Counted from the stretch's first letter, positions 1 through 10,078 are shown. The stretch: DNA of 64,000 nucleotides from Diplonema japonicum (GCA_964019335.1 OZ025679.1:186001-250000); one strand, 5' to 3'. Notes: a model not told the origin generated them from the sequence alone. Program-made: numbers and translations.

Positions 1-1
1 A

Positions 2-545
2 CAACAACAACAACAACAACAACCCCCATCTGACCACCGTGAGATGGTAGAGGCTGTGCAAGCATTGGAATCATCAGAAGGTTCTCCTGAAGCAGAGGCG
101 GTCCGGCAAAATCTCTTACAAGCTTTTCAGGGAATTGATGCGTTTGGTAAGAACATGGCCAACGGTCTTGCAAAGGCTACCTGTGGACTTGATGCTCTTG
201 AGGCGCAGCTCGAAGACCTCTCTTCTGCTTTAGGTATCGAAGGCGATGACGATTTCACCATCCCTGCCCCTGCGGATGCTACTCTAGACTCTGCGCTTCA
301 GGAGCTTTCGGATTTAGATATTTTGCGCGAACAGCAGACAGGGGGTGCCTTGAAGCAAGAAACGGCTTCTCTTGAAAACAGAGAGGACGTCGCAGGCGAT
401 CCTGCTGTACTAGCCAGGCTTGATAATTTGAATTCTGATTTTTTAACGCAGGTATGATTATCACAACAAAAAAAAAAAAGTTTAAAAAAAAAAAAAGTTA
501 AACTCCGCGGAAGACGAGCTTAGAAAAATACGGGCACGGAAGTGA
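2..545 (+). CDS. 5'-partial hypothetical coiled-coil protein; exons <2-451 and 498-545
   Basis: The frame is open from the window start (CAA repeat = polyQ) through ATG 44. The intron GTATGA...AAAAAG (452-497) joins to LNSAEDELRKIRARK*. An alternative AG at 480 is also possible. Confidence 0.6.
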
Positions 546-824
546 ATGCAAGATGTGATTAGGATTTAAATAAGAATACTAGATTATTATTATTTTTTTA
601 CAAAAAAAAAAAAAGAAAAAATTACATTTTTGTTTTTGTTTAACCACCCCCCCTTCTCCCCCTTTTTATTAGGTTCTTCTTTTCTTTTTCTTCTTTCGGT
701 TTTTTTAATCCTTTCCCCCATAACATTTAAAAAAAAACCCCTCAATTTATTTTCTTGATACCTCCATGCAAGCAAATGCGGGAAAAAAAAAAAAAAAAAA
801 GGAACCCACCCCACCCCCATCCCA

Positions 825-1781
825 ATGCTTAGAATCGGGAGAATAATAATAACAGCATGTGTTATATCTGCGGCAACAGGATGTGAATACGAAATGACCT
901 TCAGGAAAGAGACGACAGTGATAGAAAAAGAATGGGTGAAGAACGGCGGGGGTGAGGGGTGGGGGGTTGCAGCGTTGCGAAGCACAGGGTACGCACAGCT
1001 CAAAAGAAACGGGTGGGTCCACAAAGGGGAACTCCTACGGCTTACCGGTGAACCCACAGACATCACAGACGGTTGGGTTGGGTGCATGACCACTGAAAAC
1101 ATCAAAAACGGCATGGCGCTCACAGTGAAAACACACAATTTAAACCTCCAAAAAAAAACCCCCCACAGCCTCAGTATACCTGACAGCCTAAGCGTACAGT
1201 TTCACTCTTCCGAAATATGGAATTCGCATGTTTCTTGGGTTCCTCCAGGTCATGTTCTGATAGAAAAACTTAGAAAATCCGCGGTTTTTTTAACATTGGA
1301 CGTGGAAGGGGAAACATTACACGGTTTGGCCTTGAAGGTAAAGAGGAGCGAAGGGAAGGAAGGGAAAAACTTGGACTATTCCGCGGCACCAGCCACAGAG
1401 GAGAGGACCGAGACTCAAAAACCGCACAAAAACAAAAACCCAGCGAATAATCCCAACCACTCACGATACGCCCTTATCTCACAGAGCCTCGCTACAGGAT
1501 CGCTCGGCGCAGCGTTGCTGAGCATTATCCATTTCCAACCCAAGCCTATCAGGAACACCGTTCCCAGCACTGTTCTCTTCATCGTCTCTCCCATCGTCTC
1601 CTTGGACGTTTTCTCGATGATACTCTCCCAGTGGTCCTTTTTAGAAGGTGTTCCACGATGTGTTATTGCCGTCACGCTCTGCTTCGCAGGCTGGCATCTA
1701 AACAAACAGAATGCCTTCACCCCAGCGTACCTGTATATCCTTGCCGCCTTCATCATGTGGCAGGGAAACCCAAGATATTAG
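825..1781 (+). CDS. Hypothetical membrane protein (N-terminal signal-like peptide, ~4 C-terminal hydrophobic segments); internal exon structure uncertain
   Basis: 318-aa ORF with hydrophobic N-terminus and C-terminal TM-like stretches. Confidence 0.55.
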   Translation: MLRIGRIIITACVISAATGCEYEMTFRKETTVIEKEWVKNGGGEGWGVAALRSTGYAQLKRNGWVHKGELLRLTGEPTDITDGWVGCMTTENIKNGMALTVKTHNLNLQKKTPHSLSIPDSLSVQFHSSEIWNSHVSWVPPGHVLIEKLRKSAVFLTLDVEGETLHGLALKVKRSEGKEGKNLDYSAAPATEERTETQKPHKNKNPANNPNHSRYALISQSLATGSLGAALLSIIHFQPKPIRNTVPSTVLFIVSPIVSLDVFSMILSQWSFLEGVPRCVIAVTLCFAGWHLNKQNAFTPAYLYILAAFIMWQGNPRY

Positions 1782-1869
1782 ATTTTTCTTTTCTTTTGTT
1801 GATATTTTTATGTCGTTTTTTTTTTTTTTTTTTTTTTTTTTTCCCTTAAAAATAAGATTCATCTCAAAG

Positions 1870-2619
1870 ATGGTGTTCGGCGACGACGATGGTAATCAGA
1901 GAAGGAAGCGCAGGGTCCGTGCGAACAAAACCCCGTTACGCCTTAACTGCAAGAAATATATAGCAACGCATTCTGATGAAAAGGAAGGCGTGGAGCGCAC
2001 CGTAGCGGGGCTGTGGGGGCTGAAGAAGAAGTGCGAGATGTGCGGGCAGAATTTCCCTGCGAACGCACTCCCCATCACCATCTCGAGGAAGGCTGTTGTG
2101 GAGAAGAGACTAGCACATGGAGTACCCCCAAGCGGTGCAGACACCCAGCCGTCAAGGCTGTACCAGGGCGTCGCATTGTGCGTGTTCTGCTGTCAGTTCT
2201 TCGGGTACTCGCCTTATGAGGATGACGGTCTTCATGCTGACGATATCGATGAACTGCTGCACACGGCACCTGGACCGCACATTGCCACCGTCTACAAGCA
2301 GGATATTCCGGTGCTGCAACAAACCACAACTTGCACCTCAGCAGTCTCTCCCAGAACTGAGCTTGATAACATTCTGGTGGAGCTTGCAGGGTTAAACTCC
2401 CCCAAGGCAGCACCGGCTGCCAGGTGTACTGGCGATGTGTCCCGTCGTAAAGGGAGGCTGCGTGATCTTCAGTCCCTCGGTACCTACCCCATCCCTGCCA
2501 CGAAGTACTCCTACTTGCCCGCCAACGATGGTTACAGCAACCCTTACGTCGCGAAGCTCGTGAAAACCCCGAAGAAACACGTGAGAAGGAAGCGGTGGAA
2601 GGTGTTCGGTGATAGTTGA
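1870..2619 (+). CDS. Hypothetical protein with two CxxC pairs (putative Zn-binding module)
   Basis: ATG 1870 follows a poly-T/AG leader. Motifs CEMC...LCVFCCQFF; coding-like composition. Confidence 0.7.
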   Translation: MVFGDDDGNQRRKRRVRANKTPLRLNCKKYIATHSDEKEGVERTVAGLWGLKKKCEMCGQNFPANALPITISRKAVVEKRLAHGVPPSGADTQPSRLYQGVALCVFCCQFFGYSPYEDDGLHADDIDELLHTAPGPHIATVYKQDIPVLQQTTTCTSAVSPRTELDNILVELAGLNSPKAAPAARCTGDVSRRKGRLRDLQSLGTYPIPATKYSYLPANDGYSNPYVAKLVKTPKKHVRRKRWKVFGDS

Positions 2620-2738
2620 AGAATGAAAAAAAAAAAAAAGAGGAGTTCTTTACAGACCCACCCTTCTCGCTCGATTGTGTTTTTTTTTTTTTTTTCCCCT
2701 TTTTTTTTCTTCTTCCCCCTCTCTCTTCTTATATTCCC

Positions 2739-2780
<42 letters not shown>

Positions 2781-2808
2781 CGAACGAGAAAAAAAAAAAG
2801 AGGAGCAC

Positions 2809-3492
2809 ATGAAGGCTTCCAAGAAGACACTTCTAGTTGTAGACTTCTGCGGAACGCTATCAGAGAGCGTAGCGAGGTTCGATGTAGGGCACCACCTACA
2901 AAAGCACGGCTTCGACGGCAAGGAGGAAGCAAACTACTGGGAAATGGTGACAGACACATGGGGAAGCTGCTCTGTAGGAGGCGAAGGGTGGGCCACCGTG
3001 ATGCAAAACCAATGGGGAAAAGGCTCGGACGAGTTTGTAAAAGACTACTGGAAGGCCCACACTGTGGACGACGAGTGGGTGGAACTCTTGAAGGGAAGAC
3101 ACGTGGGAGTAGCGGTATCTGCTGTGTATGGGAATGTCAAGAAAGACCGTGGCTTCTGGGACAGCCTGTTCACCACGGACACAACCAACCACGACTTCAT
3201 AATAGCCACCGACCACTATAGTGATGCCTTTCCTGCTATATCTTCTGCACTGCCAACAACGTCTAGCCTCCTTACCCCCCCCACCACCCGTCCCGACCCC
3301 CACCACTTCCCTTACGAACGGCTCGTCCTTGTAGATGATTTTGGCCGTGCGGAAAACCCCCTCAGCAACTATCACGAACGCTCCGCCCAGACCGCTAACG
3401 TCGTCCGCTCCTCGCTTCCCTCCCACTGCGACCTCCATGTTGTCAACTACACGGGGACGCATGACATCCAGAAGGTGAAAGAATTGCTCTAA
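2809..3492 (+). CDS. Divergent HAD-like hydrolase-fold protein
   Basis: N-terminal LLVVDFCGTL resembles HAD motif I (DxDGTL); LVLVDD resembles motif IV. Confidence 0.55.
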   Translation: MKASKKTLLVVDFCGTLSESVARFDVGHHLQKHGFDGKEEANYWEMVTDTWGSCSVGGEGWATVMQNQWGKGSDEFVKDYWKAHTVDDEWVELLKGRHVGVAVSAVYGNVKKDRGFWDSLFTTDTTNHDFIIATDHYSDAFPAISSALPTTSSLLTPPTTRPDPHHFPYERLVLVDDFGRAENPLSNYHERSAQTANVVRSSLPSHCDLHVVNYTGTHDIQKVKELL

Positions 3493-3615
3493 TGAGTTAA
3501 TACCAACCCCCTCTTTTCTTCTTGTTTTTTTTTTTTTTTTTCTTCTTCCCTTCTCATTTCGCCCCTTGTCCGCAAAAGATTAACAAAGGAGGAGGAAGGG
3601 GGTGCATATTAGCAT

Positions 3616-5580
3616 ATGGCCGAAACGCCAACCACGAACGGGCCCGAGCCACTCCCCCCTCCCGCCCTGGAGCTGGAGCACGCCATTGGGTACAATGCGC
3701 GGTACGGGAACTGTGTGGGAGCTGGCGAGAAGTACTACAGTGCCATGGGTGGGAGCGTGGTGGTAGGGGACCTTAAAGACGTGCATTGCCAAGAATTCCT
3801 GCGGGGGCTCGAGGAGGAAGTAGGGGTTTTCTGTGCGTCGAAAGACGGAGGTCGCCTTGTAGTGGGGCAGCTCGAAGGGCAGAAGTCGGACATTGTTGTT
3901 TGGGACCTCGCGACACGCAGCATCCTGCACCGGTTGACGGACCACGAGAATGGCGTGGCTGCCCTATCCATCTCCCCTGACGACAAGCTCCTCCTCTCGG
4001 TGGGCTCCTGCACGGACAGACGCGTCATAGTGTGGGACCTTGAGTTGGGCCAGCCGGTGGCCATGACGACACTCCCCCCCACAGACGACCAGGCAGTGGT
4101 GTCGTGCTGTGCTATCGGCGGTCTTGTCGAAGACATCAAACGTCGCAAAACACAAAACTATCAGTTCACCATCCTCTCAGGGTCCAAGATCTACAGGTAC
4201 ACCCTTGACCCGCAGACTAGCTCTGTGGCGCCCCTGCGAACGACTATTGGAAACATCGTCAGGCAGTGGACGTCGGTGGCCTACTCGCAGCAGGGCGACC
4301 TGCTCTTCCTCGGCAGCGAGACAGGGGACGTGACAGTCATCTCGACAACAGAAGGGGCACATGTCAAAAACCTTAGAGTGCTGAGCAGCGGCATCCGGTA
4401 CATCATCGTGACGGGTGGCTCAGGCAACGAGGGCGACGACGGCAAAGGCTTCCAGTACGCACGGTACGGGCAGCACGCCATACGGTCCACTACGCTGAAG
4501 ATGGGTGGCGGCAACGGTGAAGTAGTCGACTGCAGGGTGCGGGACCACGCCGATGTGACCTTCGAAGTGACCAGCAGAGCTGCAGTGGGGGGACCAGTGA
4601 ACTCCCTCTCCGTTGCAGGAGACAGCGTGGTCGCAGGAACAACAAACGGCGAAGTGTACAAGATAAACGGGAGCGAAGTTGTGAAAATACAGACGGCACC
4701 CTTGGGGGCAGTGGTGCACGTGGCACACTGTCCACATGCTAACGATAAATTCGTAACATGCTCCGAAGACGGGTTCGTGAGGTTCTGGGAGCTGAACGGG
4801 TACCAGCAGACAGCGAGCGGAGGGAACTATAAAACCCGGACAACACCATCTTGCGCTGCGTATGTCGGGGCAACGGACACAGTGGTGACGGGGTGGTCGG
4901 ACGGGGGGGTGCGGTGCATAGACACACTAAGCGGCGAGACGCACTGGGCGGTGATGAACGCGCACCAGGAAGCAGTGACGGACATCGCAATACCGGAGAC
5001 TTTGCAGTTCTTCGTTACATCGTCAGAGACGGGAGATGTCAAGGTGTGGAACACACGAACACGCGTGCTGTCCAGGGAGCTGAAGGGGCATAAGTCACGA
5101 GTGTCTCAGATTCAGCTGTTCGACAACGCTACACATCTGCTGTCCGCATCGAAGGACAGGTCCATCATCATGTGGGACATGAACACGGGACAGCGAGTGG
5201 CGTCTAACCTGCTGCAGATGGGGCATGTCAACAGCATCTACCTTCTTAGGAATCAGAACAACTTCTTGTCAACAGGGAGCGACAAGAAGGTATCGCTGTG
5301 GGATGTCCGGCAGCAAGAGCCAGTGGCACAGGTCCCTCTCACCAATGCAGCCCACGACACCGCCATGACCACCATGCACGGCACATCAGATGACCGTTTC
5401 TTCGCAACAGGTGGGACTGACCACTGCGTCACCTTGTGGGACTTCCCTTCTCTCCGCCCGATCCAAACAGGCATTGGCCACACCAACACTGTGACACACA
5501 CACGGTTCTCCCCAGACAACCGGCAGATCATATCCTGTGGCATGGACCGCAGTATTTTAATTTGGAATTTTTACACCTGA
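3616..5580 (+). CDS. WD40-repeat protein, CFAP52/WDR16-like (flagellar)
   Basis: 654 aa with many GH...WD repeats. The N-terminus LELEHAIGY...QEFLRG is typical of the CFAP52/EML-like family. Confidence 0.8.
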   Translation: MAETPTTNGPEPLPPPALELEHAIGYNARYGNCVGAGEKYYSAMGGSVVVGDLKDVHCQEFLRGLEEEVGVFCASKDGGRLVVGQLEGQKSDIVVWDLATRSILHRLTDHENGVAALSISPDDKLLLSVGSCTDRRVIVWDLELGQPVAMTTLPPTDDQAVVSCCAIGGLVEDIKRRKTQNYQFTILSGSKIYRYTLDPQTSSVAPLRTTIGNIVRQWTSVAYSQQGDLLFLGSETGDVTVISTTEGAHVKNLRVLSSGIRYIIVTGGSGNEGDDGKGFQYARYGQHAIRSTTLKMGGGNGEVVDCRVRDHADVTFEVTSRAAVGGPVNSLSVAGDSVVAGTTNGEVYKINGSEVVKIQTAPLGAVVHVAHCPHANDKFVTCSEDGFVRFWELNGYQQTASGGNYKTRTTPSCAAYVGATDTVVTGWSDGGVRCIDTLSGETHWAVMNAHQEAVTDIAIPETLQFFVTSSETGDVKVWNTRTRVLSRELKGHKSRVSQIQLFDNATHLLSASKDRSIIMWDMNTGQRVASNLLQMGHVNSIYLLRNQNNFLSTGSDKKVSLWDVRQQEPVAQVPLTNAAHDTAMTTMHGTSDDRFFATGGTDHCVTLWDFPSLRPIQTGIGHTNTVTHTRFSPDNRQIISCGMDRSILIWNFYT

Positions 5581-5732
5581 TTGGTCTTGTCTTCCGCGTC
5601 TTCCCTTCCCTCCACTCCCTTTTTTTTAATTTAAAGTCGATTTACGTTTTTCTTCTCTTTGATGTGAATATCTTTCTTTTTTAAGTGTCTGGTTCCTTAT
5701 TAAATCTCGTTTTCTTCTTTCCTCGTGTCTCT

Positions 5733-6485
5733 ATGACAACAGAACAGCACCCACAGCATGAAGGGATGCTAGCGTCGTTCGCGGGCCTGGCTGTGGGCAC
5801 GGCACCTAGCTCAGGGTGTGATGCGGTGTGCATCCCTGCAGACGCTTGGAATGGAACACACTGTGTGTTGGAGACTGGGGGTGACGAAGCGGTGGCGGGC
5901 TACGGTGGGCTGGTGTTCTTAGGAGTCTTTGTGGCTGTGACCGTGGTAGGGGTCGCTGCAGCTATCACAGAGAAGCTTTTGGGGTCTGTGTCGATGCTCC
6001 CCCGTCTACCAGAAGGGGGTGTGGAGGTATACAGGGGGTCTTGGGGGCACACGGGGGACGTTCTTAACCTCATTTCGGACAGCAGGCTGTTTGCAGCCTC
6101 TTTGACAGCTCACTTAGAACACCTTAGCAACGCCACCTCCCTCCCCCCCGCACAGACCATGTCCCTCTACACCACGTACATCGGACAGTCGGGATTCAAG
6201 ATAAAGTCGACCACCGCCTTCACCTTCCTTCAGCTTCGCGACGGTGTCAAGCTGTGGTTCCCCAACGACGTCTTTCTGTTGCAAGGAGGAGGTCTCTTGT
6301 GTCCGCCTTCTCAAGCGTTGGGGCCTGTGATCGACCACTCTACGCCAGGAGCACCTTCTGTGTTGCCTTTGCCGGAAATAGGCCCCTCTGCGTCCGTCGG
6401 AGCACCTTCTGTGTTGCCTTTACCAGAGCTGCCTGCAGAGTCAGGTGATGAGACACCTCGTGATGGGGTCTCGGAAGGAATATAG
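5733..6485 (+). CDS. Hypothetical single-pass membrane protein
   Basis: TM segment GGLVFLGVFVAVTVVGVAAAI; duplicated GAPSVLPLPE near the C-terminus. The start codon is uncertain. Confidence 0.6.
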   Translation: MTTEQHPQHEGMLASFAGLAVGTAPSSGCDAVCIPADAWNGTHCVLETGGDEAVAGYGGLVFLGVFVAVTVVGVAAAITEKLLGSVSMLPRLPEGGVEVYRGSWGHTGDVLNLISDSRLFAASLTAHLEHLSNATSLPPAQTMSLYTTYIGQSGFKIKSTTAFTFLQLRDGVKLWFPNDVFLLQGGGLLCPPSQALGPVIDHSTPGAPSVLPLPEIGPSASVGAPSVLPLPELPAESGDETPRDGVSEGI

Positions 6486-6666
6486 ATTTTTTTTTCCCCC
6501 GCATCCCATTCTTTTCCGTTGTTGTTCTCGCTGTGTCTTTTTAAAAAAAAGAAATTTAAAAAAAAAAAAAAAAAAAAAGGAGAAACGGGAGTGGGGAGGG
6601 GGAAGGGACATACACGGATTTATTAACAATAAAAAAAAAATAAAATAAAATAGAATAAAAAAAAAA

Positions 6667-7326
6667 ATGTCCAACGAAATATCGACGCCGAGCTTGGGTC
6701 ACGATGACTCGCTCAACACGATGCACAATGCAACAAACAGCAGGTTGAAGTCGATGGCGGAAGTGGCTGTAGACGACGATGTGGTGTGCCAAGGGGCGCT
6801 GGGAATGGAGGAGATCAGGAGGCTAGAGGAACAGCAAGAACAATATTACTGCGGCGGCCCGTGCATGCGATGGCTGAAGGAGCAGGGCGAAGTCAAAGGA
6901 GGTTCGGCAGGGGATGGGCTCGCCTTCGCCCAGGAGTTCTTAGACCCGAGACCTGACTGCGGCGGGTGGATTCGTGTAGGCTATAACAGCGACAACCTAC
7001 TCTGCTACAGCTGCAACGGCTTCGTCCGGCCGCCTTTTAAGGAGGTTATCTTCACCATCTCGGGCGTTGAGGCCTACCTCCAGTTCCCGGAGTTGGAACG
7101 GGGCTGTGTTGTTCCTATGACCTACCACGCTGCAGAGGTGCTTCTCCCCTCACTCCGGGACACGTTTGATGAGGCGGGTGTCACCCATGACATCCCGGGG
7201 AACGATGATTTGGTCCTTAGCGTTTCGCCTTCTTCGCAACTTGATGGCAGTGCGCCATTGCCTCCGATGGTGCAGCGGGTGCAGCAGGATTGCAACATAC
7301 AATGTAGTGCTTGCTTGGTGATGTGA
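6667..7326 (+). CDS. Hypothetical protein with C-terminal CaaX box (CLVM)
   Basis: 219-aa ORF, ATG directly after a poly-A run, ends CNIQCSACLVM*. Confidence 0.75.
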   Translation: MSNEISTPSLGHDDSLNTMHNATNSRLKSMAEVAVDDDVVCQGALGMEEIRRLEEQQEQYYCGGPCMRWLKEQGEVKGGSAGDGLAFAQEFLDPRPDCGGWIRVGYNSDNLLCYSCNGFVRPPFKEVIFTISGVEAYLQFPELERGCVVPMTYHAAEVLLPSLRDTFDEAGVTHDIPGNDDLVLSVSPSSQLDGSAPLPPMVQRVQQDCNIQCSACLVM

Positions 7327-7660
7327 GGGGGATTGAGATTTAACAAAAAAAAAAAAAAAAAAAAAAAGAAATGAGGGGAAAAAAAAAAAAAGAAACAGGA
7401 AGCTCTATTCGAAGCTCTTCTTCTTTGTTTTTTTTTTTGTTTTGTTTTAAATTCAAAAAAAAAGAAACAAAAATGGGGGGGGGGAAAGGGAGTCCTAGTG
7501 CTACCAACTGCGAGAAAAAAAAAATCTTTATTACTGTAATAACGAAGGGGAGAAAAAAAAAAAGAGAGAAGATAAAAAAGAAAATCGTTTTTTAGTAGCT
7601 AATTTGCCAACGTAGCCGTCCATCGTTTCGCCTGAAATCCCTTTCGATATTTTTTTTTTT

Positions 7661-7692
<32 letters not shown>

Positions 7693-7864
7693 CCGTATCT
7701 GTCTATTCGAGCCGACACCAAAATGCAGCGACCTTTTTTCCTCCTTTTTATTTATTTCTTCTTTTTTTTTCTTTTTTCTCTGCCCCCTTGTTCTTCTTCC
7801 AAGAAAAAAAAAAAAAAAACAAAAAAAACAAAAAACAAAAAAATATATATAAGAGATAAAGAGG

Positions 7865-8145
7865 CAAGTGTTAGTGGCTGTGCACAAGCACTAACTTCTT
7901 GATTACATGGGGGCGCCCCTCGGCCGAGCTGTAGCTTCTTCTGCATTCTGCGTCGTCTCCTTAATTGCGCGCGGTGTGCAGCCCAGCCCCAGCCGGGGCA
8001 CACCCTGGGTAACCAAAGAATTTGCGCTTGTGCGGTTTCATCTGCAATATGTTCTTCCACTAGGCATGCTACCGGTGATGACCGACGAGGAGGGCAACGG
8101 CAAACTAATGTACTTCTTTTAATCTCCATGTTTCTCCCCACTAGC
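7865..8145 (-). mobile_element. Decayed copy of the ribozyme-headed short interspersed element
   Basis: The reverse complement aligns with 9473-9690, including a 27-nt identical block (8067-8093 vs 9531-9557) and the GCGCCCCC-TGTAATCAAG block. Confidence 0.75.
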
Positions 8146-9472
8146 GGGGAACAAAAAAAAAAAAAAAAAAAAAAAAAAAACCCACCTAGCTGAAGTGTTG
8201 AGCGTTCTATAAGGGCATCAAACTTCCATATTAAAAGCAAAAAAAAAAAAAAAAAAAAAAAAGAAAAACGAATAAAAGAAAAAAAGAAAAACTTCCTCCT
8301 TTGAGTGCAGGCCCGCAAGGTGCCCTGACACCACGTGCCTTATGCCCTTGTTCACTTGTGTCAGACCCCCCCCACCCCCCCCCCCCCCCCCATTCTTTTT
8401 TGTATTAACAATGGTATGCACTAGAGACTATTCGGTGAGCACAGTTATGATAAGTTCGAATTTCTTTTTATAAGGGGGTTTTAGCAGCTGTAAACCCGCT
8501 ACTTTATGTGCACAAACAAGCACAGCGCCGGAATAGTCCCCCAGATGAATCAGGAAGGAGAAAAAATTTTTTTTTAAAAACTGCACCCTAAAAAAGGCCG
8601 CCCTATGTTGCCTACATTCTCTTTACAAGAAAGAGGGCAACATGGTGCCCAGAGGGTTTTTTTTTTTGACATTTTTAATTAGAAAGAGGTAGTCACGACA
8701 AGGGGAAGTTCTAAAGCACCTCCTTTTTGTCATTCTCTATTTTTTTTTCTTCTATTTTTTCTCTCGCTTTTCTAATTTCAAACAGCAAAGAGGGGCTTCA
8801 GAATTAGAAAAAGTACTGGGGGTACTGGAGCTACAACGAGATTTTTGATTACATTTCCCCCCCCCCCCCTTTTTTCTTTTCGGCAGTTGTCCACGCCCCA
8901 TCATCATATGAACCGCTATCCCCCTTTAATGTTTGTCCCCAGCCCCACCACCACCACCTTTTCTTAAAAGATTTATTAAAGTTTTGTTTCACTCTTCTGT
9001 ACACTACAGTTGTTTTTTTTTTTTCTCTTTTTTTTTATTCTTCTTCTTTTCGGGAATGTTTAAGACAAGATGGAATATGGCTGGGTCTGGAGTTCCACAC
9101 CCCATCCTCAAACACGGGGGGGGGAAAGAAAAAAGATTCGAGACCCGAGTATATATTCTCCTCTAGCTGAACGTAAGGTAGCAATGGTTGGTCCAACCCC
9201 CCCCCTTTTTTCTTTTGACTTGTCGAAAAATAAAACGAAAAAAAAAAGGAAGAAGAAGAAAGGGAATAATTCAACTCCTAGCCCCCCCCCAAAAAAAAGA
9301 AGGAAACAAACAAATAAAAAAACTACCCCCCAGCTCAGATGAGAGAATAAAGAATCTTGCCGAGTTGTATAAAAGCAAGTTTATTTGCAGTAGGCATGCA
9401 TATCTGACTCCTGCTAAAGGAAAGGTTTGAAAACTCCTAAAACTCATCGGTGTTTCCTTAATTTATAATTAA

Positions 9473-9606
9473 GGTGGTGGGGATAACATGGAAATATAAC
9501 AAGTACATCAGATGTGTTGTTCGCTGTTGACCTCCTCGTCGGTCATCACCGGTAGCACCCGAGTGGAAGAACGTAACGCAGATGCTCAGGGTGACGAACA
9601 GGCAGC
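9473..9606 (+). ncRNA. HDV-like (nested double pseudoknot) self-cleaving ribozyme candidate
   Basis: P1 GGUGGUG(9473-79)/CAUCACC(9544-50); P2 GCUGUUG(9523-29)/CAGGCAGC(9599-606); P3 ACC/GGU; L3 UCCUCGUC; P1.1 CC(9534-35)/GG(9551-52); P4 CACCCGAGU/GCUCAGGGUG; J4/2 ACGAA with candidate catalytic C9595. Confidence 0.75.
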
Positions 9607-9690
9607 AAACTGCACGAGCGCCGAATCTTGGCCGGGGAGCGCCCCCTGTAATCAAGTAGGTAGTTCGTGCTTCATTGCACGCTTAACGCC
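9473..9690 (+). mobile_element. Short (~220 bp) non-coding retroposon-like element with 5' HDV-like ribozyme
   Basis: A homologous inverted copy lies at 7865-8145, and homology begins at the ribozyme P1 strand. No TSD was identified. Confidence 0.6.
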
Positions 9691-9955
9691 ACCTAGTGTT
9701 GCAATCAAAGCCCCATTTTTTTTTTTTCCTCTTTTCTTTTTCATTCCTATGGTATGTGGTTTCACTATATAGCGTGTTTGGTTTACTACACTTGCTGCCT
9801 TACCGCTTCCTCCAAAATGCCATGTGGTTTCCCCCCCCTTTTTTTTTTCTCCTTCTTCTCCCCTTTTTTTTCCTCTGCTGGTGAGCGCGAGAACATGAAG
9901 CTTAAAAGTTCAGTTTACTCTGCCCTCCCTCTTCTTCCCTCTTTTTTTTTTTTTT

Positions 9956-9999
9956 AGGGTGGTCCTCGAGTGGGATTTGCCCTTAAAACATCGCCTTTT
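9956..9999 (+). repeat. ~44-bp dispersed hairpin-forming repeat, copy 1
   Basis: AGGGTGGTCCTCGAGTGGGATTTGCCCTTAAAACATCGCCTTTT recurs at 61847-61889 with a single-A indel. Confidence 0.85.
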
Positions 10000-10078
10000 T
10001 TTTTGAAAGGGGTAGATAAGTAGAGACAAGGGGGACGTTCCAAAACAGGAACCTCCTTTATCTCATCTCTTTTTTTTC

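Noticed and set aside
1125-1168. Intron-like GT...A-run...CAG inside the 825-1781 ORF
   Set aside because: Removing the 44 nt causes an immediate stop while the unspliced frame stays open. Not called without RNA data.
8300-8366. Minus-strand ACGTGGTGTCAGGG resembling the ingi/SIDER 5' signature
   Set aside because: The match is short and no P3/L3/P1.1 or J4/2 could be assembled. Only a simple CTGACAC/GTGTCAG hairpin is supported.
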